Below, piece by piece: positions 13,501-24,987 of a stretch of 64,000 bases of DNA. The notes under the pieces were generated by a model. It made no database searches. It had not been told where the DNA came from and saw only the letters and a list, made by a program, of their open reading frames with translations. The translations under genes were made by a program, and so were the position numbers. Source of the DNA: Tubiluchus corallicola (lineage: Eukaryota > Animalia > Priapulida); assembly GCA_030141605.1 (NCBI GenBank), contig JAQGDQ010000059.1, positions 310,001 through 374,000 on the forward strand. Direction: 5' to 3'. The stretch's first letter is position 1, and each line of letters starts with the position of its first letter.

Positions 13501-16500
13501 TGATGAGAATTTACCATTGCAAAAATGAATAGAAATTTCAAGCAGCAAACAAAAGCACTTACTTTAACACAAATTTATTCATAATGAAATATGAATTTAT
13601 TCAAAAGATCAATTCAGTTATTTGATTTAAAAGTGTGTTTACTGTTTGCAAATGCATGCCTTTCTTATTGCTTATTCAAGTTCAACTAGCTTACTATCAT
13701 CAGAAATGAATAAAAGTATTTAGGAATTGTCAAACTAAAGCTATTTCAAGCAGCAAAGACTCTCTTAGAACTTTTAAGATAAACTAATTTGTTGTCACTT
13801 TCAATGAGACCATGGAAACACAATGAAATACGTACAACTTTAGAAGTGCCAATCTTGAATAGGTATTTCCACTCTCTCCATTGTATTTTCTCATCTAACG
13901 CAGCCATTAGTTCTTCTATACGAAGCAGAAACATGGGCACCTCGTCGATTAGTTGTTCAAGATTCTTAGCTATAGATCTGATTTTCTGATCTTGAGTCAT
14001 AACACTGAAGTTCTCTCTGCAAACAAAGGCTGACATAGTCATAACATGATAATTTTTATTTAGAATAAAGCCTGCCATGAGGTTTTTATAGTCGACTGTA
14101 AATGATAACAAACTATGATTTGAGCATGTAAGATTTAGTAAGAATAATAAGTAATTTCTTATAAAATTATAAAGCTGACGAATTTGTAAATATTAACAAA
14201 AAACTATTTGATATAACTCATTAACTCACCACAAAGCAAAATTTAACTCACTTTTTCTGCAACAAGTTCATGAAAGACGTTGTGATGCGCTCATGAAAGC
14301 TTTTCAGTTTCATCAGCTCCCTCATATGCAATGCCTATTTATTGAAAAGCAAATGTATAAAATAAGATAAACTTGGCTTTTTCATACACAAAACAAATGG
14401 AAAAGCTATAGAGTAAGTTTGAACTTCTCTAAAATGAGTAAGTTCACACACATTGTGAAAATACCTCACAAAATTTATTTGTGATTGAAACATGGGATAC
14501 AAGTAAAGCTGTGAATCATTCATCTTGCTGAAACTAGTATTTGCATTCAATACAGACAATCCTGATCTGTTTGGCAATATGTACTCTCTTCATTGAAGAC
14601 TCCCTGTGAGGTTCTTTGCCTCGCATGCTAGCAACTCAAATTGAAGTGCACATGTAAGATGCTAGCATGCATGCCAAAGAACCTTAGAGAGATTTATCTA
14701 GTCATGTCTGCTTAACACCGCCCTACATTTTACCATGAATAACATAAAACAAAAATCCTCATCCACATCCAACATACATTTCTCAGGTGCTTTCCCAGCA
14801 TCTCGCTCACTTTGTATCCTCTCCTGGTGGCTTCTGGTATTGTAGTCTCCTGATTTGTATCACTGATCACTTTTTCAAGAATTGTCTTAGTTTCTACCAC
14901 CAAGCGTGAGATGGTTTCTAATGCTGCTTCAATCTGGAGAAAAAAACAAACGAATTGATAAAACTAGCCATAAAGATTCTCTTAAACCTGGAATTCAGAT
15001 TATTACTATAGCATATTAGAACAACAGATAATACTTAGAAATAGAGAAAAAGATGAGTAAATAGAAGATTAGTAAGGCAAACAACAACAGGAAGTTTTTG
15101 CATTAGTTGTCATTAAAAGAAATGAAAAACAAATGAAGAAATTGATGCCCCATTTGAAATTTGGTTTTGGTGAAAGATGATATTGCTGGTGACATGAATA
15201 GTTCCTACAACACCAGAAAGATGAGCAATATTATTTATTGTGATGTACCATGACATAAGTACTTTCTCAAAACGATATATCATGAGCCTAATTAGTGTCA
15301 ATTGCTAAACAACCTGATCAAAATCAGGTCAATATTGCTCTTGACAAAATCACTTAATTAAGCATAATAAAAACAAACTACACTTTTTACCAATAACCAA
15401 CAATCTGTACAATACCTTGCATTAAATGACTCGCAAGTGCCTACAAGACAGCCAACAAGATGAACCTCTTTATCGATTTGCCATTGTTCTTTTAATTTTA
15501 AAATAAAAAACAAAGAAAAGCAAAACGCATTTCAATAAACGGTCAATAAACAGCACTATTGTACTAGCAAATTAAGAAATAAGAAATGATTACATATAAT
15601 GCAATCATTTTTGTTTAGTTTTATTTGTCTTATCTGTAGAGTGAGGCACTCATTCATAAGGGTAAGTTTTTGCACTTACTAGATAAGGTTTATTTCTAAA
15701 ATTTATGCTAAACTAACAATAAGCAATTTCTTACTTGGAAAATGTGTGAAACTATTTACAGACTTACTTCTGGTACCAGATATGCAGCAATTTCTTGTCT
15801 TTGCTGAACAGTTAGGGTGCTAAAATGATGTTTGCAAACCTCTAGAAACCTGTGCAGTTGATTCATGAATATGGGAAGCCTGACAAAAAAGACACAAAAA
15901 AATGTAGACGATGACAATAATGAATATCAAAATTTGTTAACTTTTCTCAAAAGACAGAATACAGGGAATGTAGAAAATGCAACACGGAGTACCTTATGCA
16001 AGTTTATTTTATTCCAAATAAATTTAAAAAATTATTACTGAATGAGCAAAATGAAGCAACCTAAAAATTGACAAATAAAACAGACTAGGCTCGCTTTTAA
16101 CTGTAGAAGACTACACACAGTCATCAGAAGTTAACAGACCACGTACTTATGCACAATTGTGCTTGAATAGCATACAAATTTCGAAAATACCTAGACTTGG
16201 TGTGCTTGATAATGTCATGTCGTTCCTGGCGAGAAAGTTCATCTTTTCTTTTTGAGAATAAGTCCGAAAGTATGACTAGTTTTGCGCCAGCTAAACAGTA
16301 ATGAAAATTAGTTGAAACATTTTTAACAAGAATAATAAAAATGCTGAAATATTCATTGGTGTAATAAATGTAAATTACATTTGTCACAGGGCTATACTGT
16401 GATAACATATCAAGGTAAAAGGCAACAAACGCTACATACATAGTAACAGAAGACAATTGTTCTGTAAGGGCAAAAAATCTTAATATATACATGACCGTGT

Positions 16501-19500
16501 TCTCCTGTCTACTGCTGAGAACACCTCTAGAACCACAGCGGAAAATATGTTATTGATCAGCATTTTTATACCACTGTCAAGATAAGAAGCTTTGTATCAA
16601 ACATAAAGTAGTTCATCAGACAAATAGATATTCTGTGTTTTACCACTATGCCTACACACCTATAGTTGCCTCACGCAAAGACTGCTTCACAACGTAGCAC
16701 AGCCTAGCTGGGTTAGACATAAGCGGCTCCGTACCATGCCCCATTTCCGAGCCCGTGGACTTACCACTGAAGTAGTCAATGATGTGGTCGGCACAAATGT
16801 GCATATCTTTGATAAGATTTACGATCTCTAAAAATTGGAAAAAAAATGCAAATTCATTAACAACTTTCGTGACTTTTGGGGACAAAGTAACAATGTCAGT
16901 GTTTTTGTGTTTATATGATTTTCCATTTTTTGTAATATTCCCTTTGTTTATAATCAATTAATGTGCTATGGTCTTAGATATCTTACGCAATAATTTTTAG
17001 TAATTCTGATGGTCTTTTACTAATAAAATGTATTTGACCATCATGTAAAATGCACTAAAAATATTTAATAAATTAATTAATCAAAAAAATGTAAAGTGCT
17101 CTAAACAGTTATGAATAGAATCTCTTGTTCTGGTAAAATATATCAAGCACTTGGCACCAATAACAATTTACATATTTATAGCAAAAATCATCACATTGAG
17201 CATGTAAGTAGACACTGTCTAATCCATGTATAATTTTTTCTTTCCAACTTTCACAAGAAATAAACCTCAACATGTCATTACATTGGTATTCTCATAAAAT
17301 GAATTAACATATTTGACTTAAATGAACACTAATCAGCTTAAATAATAGAACCGATAAACATACGTTGTTTTAAAGCCGTGTTCTTTAGAAATGTTTCGCA
17401 TAGTTCAACAAGACGACTAAAACCTTGTAAGCGACTCATGCACTTCACACATGCTTTAGCTGTTGACTCAGTGAGACCATTTGGTAAGCATTCTGGAACA
17501 AGTTAATAAAGTCTGAAAATTTCGTAATAAAAAGTTTTTTTCTAAATAAACTAAAAAACATTATGTATAGTAAGTGTTGACTAACCAATGTTTTTTACTA
17601 TAGTAATGGCAATAATGTTTCTTTGGACCCAAAACTAGCATACACATTATTTTGTTAGAATGATATATACTGATAGTTCTGTAATGACTTATTATATAAA
17701 CAAACACATTTGAGTACAATAATAAAAGCACAAATCAGAAAAAATAAAAAAATAAACAATAAACACTATAATAACATTGAATAAAAAAATATAATATGCA
17801 AAATAAGTTTAATATATAAGTGTATATATATATACACTGTAAGTAATCTATGGCTGTTATGTAGCACTACAAACTCTAAACAGATTTTCATAAACGAACA
17901 TACCTGCATAAAGAAAATGAAGAGTTAGATGAATGACATCCTCAGGAAGACCGTCCAGAATCGTTGGTCGTGAATTCCAATCTACTTTTGAATTTGCAAG
18001 CATCAGTATAGTCTTATGAGCATTAAACTAAAAATTAAAAAATCAATGAGCAAACATAGGAGAATACAAATAGAGAATTTTTAAATTTTGGTTCTCGGGG
18101 TAAATTACGTTTTTAATTTTTAAATTAGACTAAGATTTTTAAATTACCGTTGTGCTCATTATTTCGATAAATTTAGTTCAAACGTAATTTATTGAAGGTG
18201 TAACATCTAGGTTTGAAACAGACAGTTTTACAACTAATATATGTTCTCCCCTAGTGGGAGCGAAATGCTAGACAGATGCAGAACAGTAGTGACCACAATG
18301 TACAAAAAACGTTGGTACATTGTGGTCACTCCTGTTCGATAAATTTCCTGAGCGGCTGTTGCCCATTAAACACAAAAAACAATTAGTCTAATTATGTAAA
18401 AGATATTTTGAGCATATGGATTGTGCAACTGATACAATAGCACAGTAACAAATTTTGGCAACTAAAATGCATAAAATGCAGCTGTCATATGTCCACACCT
18501 CTTTTCCACTGTCAGCTGTAATGACCACATCAGAAAAATACCCATAATCAAGGGCACTGAGAAATGAAAATGTAAATTCACTGCCTGTGTCATTTTCTGC
18601 CACCTAAAATCAAAATAAACTGGGTGAGATGATTAAGTTCTTCACTAATTTACCTATTTGTTTATATTACCTCAAAATAAGAATAATCATTTCTTTCCAG
18701 TCATAGCACACCAAGCAATAAGACTAAGTTTTGGTTAATCAGGATTTTGTTGCAGACAGTTTCTAAGACACAATGTAAGGCAAATTATATCACTTTATGA
18801 CCAACTGACATCTACTCTTGCGCAAAATATAAATGCACACATACTGCCTTTTTGTCACTAAGTTCTGGAACAAACAGTGACTACCACATAAAATAGGAGT
18901 CAGTGTCAAGCTTAATGTGACGAATACCCTCAGAAAACACATTGAATAATGTGATTAGTCACAGACGATGGGTAATCACAGAAACAATTGCCTGAACATA
19001 AAAGTGATGTATCTATATAATGTGTGCGATACGTGACATCTGCAGCTTGTCACATAAAACTCATTATCCTCCAGATCACGACAGAGCACAAAAGATGATC
19101 AAAGGTTACCAAAATGGAAGGCGTTAAAACTGTGATTTTGTTTGCATGAATATGGCAACAAAATGTTGCAACAAAATAAATGTATTTTACAATGTAAAAA
19201 TTGCATTCGTCTGACTTAATATAAATTTGCTTACTTTCTGACATTGTAGCATGCAATATGTTTCATATGTTAACAGCATTAAATCATCATGGGCCGATAA
19301 CTCCACCTGAAATAAAATTTACACAATCTTCTAAAACAATATTTAATTACACAGTTTTTTGTAAGCAGAGGCTTAACAGAAATTATCAAACAACTCCTTT
19401 TGCACTCTGTTGTTTTCCAAAAATACAGGCAGTCGTCGACTTACGAATACAATCGGTTCTTGTGGGTTGGTCATAAGATGATTCAGATGCAAGTCAGACT

Positions 19501-19556
19501 CGTATGTTCAAGCAAGTCAGACTCGTATGTTCAAGTGGTGCCCCCTACATGTAAGA

Positions 19557-19595
<39 letters not shown>

Positions 19596-22500
19596 GCACC
19601 CCAAGTATGGCAATGTATACGGACTATGTTACGAATTTATCGAAACAGAAAACAATTTAAAATGAATATACTTAAAAAAAGAAGGAAATATGAGTTCTAA
19701 TTAGTTTCGTATTATTAATTAATTAAGTTGTGGTTAGGCTGTAAAGTCGAACAGTCGTAACTTGATTAGGTCATAAGTTGACGACTTCCTGAATGTTAAA
19801 GTGAACTAAAATGGCTGTTTTGAAATTGAGAAACAGCAAAATTACTTTTTATCAATTCAGATGTTGAGTGTTGTATCTTAGCCTCTACAATCTTAAGTAA
19901 AGCTCTCTAGTGCCAAATACACGTGTTTTGCGCATACAGTTTGCCAGAGATAAGCAGCAAATCAAGCTAATGAGTTGAAGTCACTTGCTAGTACATGAGT
20001 TATGTTTACTCAATTAAAAAAACTTTTGGTCATTCTGTTATAAAGCGAGGTTTTTCATTGAGTTCAAATCCTCGGCAATGTCAAGTGAACACTAAAATTA
20101 ACGAGCAAAACTCATTTACTTACGCGGAACTCTATGTGTGGTCCAGAAAACGTCCTGAACTTGAGTATTTTTGATTCACCTAGCAACACCTGGAGAACAT
20201 TGTAAAACAGCCATGAGAAGCACACACAAAGCCCATTACTCTTCTTACAAGTTGTTAGTCAATTTATCATACATGTTTTTAGTCTCAGCAAAGCAAATGC
20301 CATTTTACAATATCTTTACAGATGTTCAACAATACATATGTCAATGTGAAGTAACTCGATTATACCTCGTAAGTTTCACAATTAAAGAAAGGCATGGGTT
20401 CTACTTCATCTGGGACCTTCCATGTTACATCACCACTTTCGTCAAGTCGAAACTCTGTCCTGTAAACGAATTCACAGATCAAAATCAGCTTAATACAGTA
20501 AGTTTATGCAAAGTTAGCAAATAAGGCTCTGCTTGCAAAAATCATGGTTTTTAAGCAGGCACATTTATTAAATTTGCTAAACGTTTACATGGTGCTTACT
20601 AAATGAAATTTTTCCATTTGCATGCTGTATACATATTAGTATGTGTATTTGTGGGCAAGAGTATAACGTAGCAATAAATTCTTTGCCTGTCACTATTGAG
20701 AATGACTTTGTGCTGATAACTTCTTTTGCATATAGGTTATAGTTTGAAATTCACTGTCTAGACACTTTAATTAAGTACTGCTGCTAGAGGATTAGCTAAA
20801 CTACTTGGGTCATTTTGTTGATGACAGGTTCAAGTCTAATAGTTGAATTACCAAACTTCTAAATTTTTCTAAATAGATAATATGGATCTATGTTAAATAC
20901 TGTAGCCTGTAGGCTACGTTCATTTGTAGCCATTATTATTAAACCCATGTCATGATTTTAAATTGACCATTACTACTGAAAAGGGTTGGAAAAGAATTTT
21001 AAGATAAAATTTAGCCAAATTTACCAGATGCCATACAGTAAAAATATGAAAATCATACAGAGAAGACGCTGTTTTTAAATATTATCACTCATTCTAGTGT
21101 ACATATTTGGCACATTTTACATGAAGCTTATGAAGGTATTTATTCAAATATTTCCCTCATAGTGTAAACTGAGACACACAAAATTCTGACATAACAGTAA
21201 AAATGTTAGCAGTGAGTCAGTGGTATACTGTGACACTACATTGGCCGTTTGCACTTGCTTGACTTCATCGTGAACTGTAGTACCATGTGGCGCCTCAAAG
21301 TTTACATGACGCTAGAGGACAGACAAGGTGCTACATGGTACCAGAGAACACGGCGAGGTAGTACACAGCAAGGAGGTACAAGGTAACGCCCGAAACGTTA
21401 AGTTGAGGTTGACCAGCATTGGAACAAGGAGGCAGTATGCTGGGATGTCAACTAAGTATGTACCACATATGTGGTTTTGAAGATGGAACTTGAAGATTGT
21501 CCATCACCACGTCCACGATGCAGAAGACTCAAAAGTGAGTGGTTTTTATATAATGCAGCAGCACTGTGAATTCTATGAAATTTGTGAATATTATAATAAT
21601 ATAATTAATGCTATTGCAATAAATTCCCATTTTCCCACACTCACCCATCCGTCTTCCATAAATCTATACTTCTACACACAGCGACACTTCAAATAATAAC
21701 ACAATAACTACAGTTTCTTCTGGAGTTGCTTGTGTTATACACTGCGCAAGAGTTACTTTTTAAACAAAACATAGCAACTAGTAAACAAAGCTGTAAACAT
21801 TCATCGGGCTGACTATTGTGCTAGCAATGCACATGCACACAGAAAACTGCTGGTGACTTAGTAAATGGAAAGACTTGCTCAATTGCTAGCACTGCCCATA
21901 TCATCTCTTCAGGTAGCATGGCAATTTAATACCTCAGTTTAGCCACTATAGATACAAGGTAATCAATTAATTTATCAATTTGACATGTTAACTACTCTGC
22001 TGCACCTACAGCCTTTGAGTAGTAAAAAACAGCAGCTGTGCAAACTCTGTGCCAGGCAGAGTTCAAATGGTAGTAGTTTAACCCTTCAATTCCAGGGTTA
22101 AATAAACAAATGCTCATGCATCTCACTGACATTTTAGTTGCTAGCAAATGAAAATAATATTTAACAAACATTATAACTGATGAGCACAGAAGGCCAATCA
22201 CTGTACATTCTCTTGCTAACAAAAGCAATGTTTCAATTAATGTTATGTCACTTCAGAAGCAAGGCGATTGGAAACGTTTATCATTTACAAAAATCAAAAA
22301 ATGTTTAGAGCGACTTAAGTAAATGCTTCAATTTACACATGTAAATGTGACAGACCTGCTTGTTTTTGTAATTATTCTTTTAGCATAAATGGGATTTTAA
22401 GAAGAAGCTGCATTTTTACCTTAATGGGACAGGTAATACTTTGAAGTAGCAAATCAGAAGCACCTAGAAAAGTTTACTCTATTTGCTCCCACTTTTATCT

Positions 22501-23379
22501 TAAGAATTTTAGCCTGTCAACAGAAGTTATTCAGTTTATTGATAATGGAAGTTACACAGTTTCTCTCATTCTTATTTTCTCATTCTTAAAGCTGGAATAC
22601 CTAGGTGGGTTATCAACAAAGCTAAAAAGGATCAGGTGCTAGAGATCTGCACGTCTCTGGTTACTTCTTATTTAGTATCAAGAATACTGACTAGAGTTGA
22701 TGCTAGAACAAACTGCCGGTTGTGGAAACCTATTTAACATAAGAATTATAATGCAACATCTTTACAACTCTAACTAAAACACTGTCAATTAAAGGTGGCG
22801 CAATGCTTTCAATTTACAGACAAATCTAAAACTTCATTATCGAGTTACTACTACATTTGTAATTTTAGTAGTCTATGATAAAAATAAGACTCCAAACTGC
22901 TGTGTTAAACTGTAATACTAAATTTGCAGTCTCAGTTTATGTATTTTTGCTGTGCTAATCTGTAATACTAATTTTATAACCTCAGTTTGTATTTCACTTA
23001 TAAATTTGTTATCAACTTATATATATTACTAGGTTTATTACGTGCTATCAATATGAAACAAAAAAGTATATTTTAATGATTTTACCCTTCCAGTCCTGTA
23101 GATTCTGTCGCATCTGTTATCGAAACGCATTCTACTATCTATAAAAATCAAAATCCAGATTAAACATAGGCCGATTTTGGATGGCTTCAGAACTTGATCA
23201 AGTGAGCCGAAAGCGGAAATTACAAAAAGCGCAAAATAATAGGCCTTTAATTTCGTTTTGTGATTTATTCCTCTATTCTCTTACTCACTATTCGAGCAAT
23301 AATAGCTTTGAAAAGATCTATAAAGAAACATCATTTGACTTACCCTCCAAGTTCCATAGAAAATTGCTTCGTCTGCCAT
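7502..23379 (-). CDS. Uncharacterised double-BTB/POZ protein, 890 aa, 22 coding exons (beta-rich N-terminal domain, BTB1, helical region, BTB2-BACK, UBA-like C-terminus)
   Basis: GT-AG exons in one continuous frame: 23379-23344, 23138-23086, 20459-20366, 20189-20124, 19306-19235, 18603-18499, 18027-17904, 17492-17364, 16827-16660, 16290-16191, 15879-15768, 14933-14778, 14334-14252, 14016-13836, 13355-13119, 12147-12021, 11540-11378, 10721-10586, 9882-9772, 9130-9018, 8697-8574, 7684-7502 (2673 nt incl. TAA). BTB motifs: FSDVVITADSGKEFNAHKTIL...LHFLYA and TDLIFEV...IPAHRVIVAARCDWFRRALLSGMRES...FLKYLYTG...ITDRYE. Confidence 0.9.
11224..11477. repeat. Exact 127-bp tandem duplication covering the 3' end of BTB-gene exon 17 and its splice donor
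   Basis: 11224-11350 is identical to 11351-11477. Confidence 0.95.
12587..13069 (-). mobile_element. Internally deleted pogo/Tigger-family (Tc1/mariner superfamily) DNA transposon
   Basis: TIRs CCGTATTTTCCCRTGTATAAGAGACCC at both ends, TA on both flanks (12585-86, 13070-71), subterminal TGTATAAGAGACCC repeats. Minus strand retains a transposase-like tail IIKSFKKCGISNAMDGTEDNAIF...DEEFNDFYDE*. Confidence 0.9.
19426..19791. mobile_element. Tigger/pogo-like MITE (366 bp) containing a (TG)n tract
   Basis: Left TIR CAGGCAGTCGTCGACTTACGA preceded by TA; right end reverse complement CAGGAAGTCGTCAACTTATGA (3 mismatches). Internal short direct repeat and (TG)n at about 19559-19593. Confidence 0.75.
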
Positions 23380-23556
23380 GTTTACTATTGCACTAGACCA
23401 GACTAATAAAATCGAAAAAGCCGAAGCATCTGTGCCTCTCAGCGGCTACACGTTAAAATCTTAAAATCACACAATAATGAGTATCATGTCATGATGGAAA
23501 AAATAAAATATTTATGTCTATGTGAATGTCAATGTCCGTTAAGTCAATTTACCAGT

Positions 23557-23718
23557 AAATGAGTTTCCCTGAAAATTATTTTCACTGAAAAACCGAATAG
23601 CAGAAAAAATGAATTCCCAGAAAAAAATTGCCAGAAAAAATGTTCTCAGAAAATATTTTTCCTAGAAAACTCATTTCACAGAAAAAAACATCTCACAGTA
23701 AGTTTTTCTAACAGAAAA
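23557..23718. repeat. Degenerate ~16-17 bp minisatellite (consensus about AAAAnnnTTTCCCAGA)
   Basis: About ten periodic ...cagaaaa units visible just upstream of the BTB gene start. Confidence 0.6.
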
Positions 23719-23785
23719 GTCACGGCTGTGTTTTAGGTTTTTAGTCACTAAGGTAAATCTGTTATTTTAGTATGATTAAGTATGC

Positions 23786-23862
23786 CTCTCTCTCTCTCTC
23801 TCTTTCGCGCGCTCTCTCTCTCTCTCTATCTATCTTTCTCTCTCTCTATTCCACTCTCTCTC
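23786..23862. repeat. Interrupted (CT)n/(GA)n microsatellite between divergent genes
   Basis: Directly visible. Confidence 0.9.
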
Positions 23863-24899
23863 CCAGCTTATAATTATATAAATACATTATAATTACATTA
23901 TATTGCACATTTTTTCGTCTTTAATTTTAATTCGGCGCATTTGTAATTAGACCTACAATAGTCAAAACCTGCCTTAAACAGAAAACAGTTTCACCAAAAT
24001 CCATCACGAATTCGATTAGGGATTCAGAGAAACAAATTAGCATCTTACTGGTGTTAATTCGTACTTTTCTTACTGTTATCTAATCGTACGTCAGTTATGA
24101 AAAACAGCTGCAAAAATTAATTATCCCAGCCTAATAACTGCTAGGAAAAAAGCGCTATACGTTATTTGTAGTTAACTGTAGAACTGGAAATTTGCGCCAG
24201 GACTCAGGAGACTAATTCTTTGGTCCGACACTTACAGTCTTTTCAGGACTTTTCACATATATATAATGATAATTACACATCTTCTTGCACAGTTCTGAGA
24301 ACCAATGTGCCACAAATTTATGTTTAACAGTAAAATTTACTTCGCCAACTCTTATTTTTTGTATTCCAGAGAAAAATTTATTGCTCGAACTTTGTCTATA
24401 AGCCTTATGCGAATGATGCGTTATACTGAGGGTTAGATCAGTGTTATTTTGGTATAATGCAGTATATTTAACAATCTCGAGCATCAGACTAAAATTAGCA
24501 ATCCAACAAAAACAGCAGCTAGATTATAATTATGTACGCCGTGGTATACATTTTATAGTCTGTACTATTAAATCTGGACTTAGAAATGCCGTGCTTGTAC
24601 TTTGCGTTTTAGTTATAGGTGCCGTCCATTCAATACATTACATCTATGTAAAACAACCAGAAATAATTATCCTCTGACCCCATGCATAATGCATAATCTG
24701 TGTTTTTCTCCGTTCTTTCGCTTGGTAGCGACAATGTATTAAACAAACTTATTATAGTCCGTAGTGATTTATTCAGTCAATGGCTTCACTTGAATACAGC
24801 TGGCCGCTGAATTAACTTCATTTACCGTACACTGAGGGCAGCACCGTGCAACTGCGTGAGCGGAACAAGAGAGTCACGCCCTGCTGAAAGGTTGCTACC

Positions 24900-24987
24900 A
24901 GTTAGTCATTAAACTTTTGTCTTCACAGTCCTAGTGTGTTTGGAAATTTCGCCAGTTTGCTTAGTTGAAGCTTTTTCGAAGTATTAG
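24900..24987 (+). other. Probable non-coding first exon of the thymosin gene
   Basis: Inr-like CAGTTAGTC near 24900 in a CpG-richer patch and a strong AG|GTAAGT donor at 24988. The next clear acceptor (29066-67) precedes the ATG. The start position is approximate. Confidence 0.5.

Noticed and set aside
21240-21540. GC-richer intronic block with GCCCGAAACGT, considered as an extra exon or Penelope ribozyme
   Set aside because: Flanking exons already join in phase and there is no CTGANGA core. Probably an unclassified repeat remnant.
23557-23718. Periodic repeats considered as a CRISPR array
   Set aside because: Degenerate minisatellite without unique spacers, in a eukaryotic locus.
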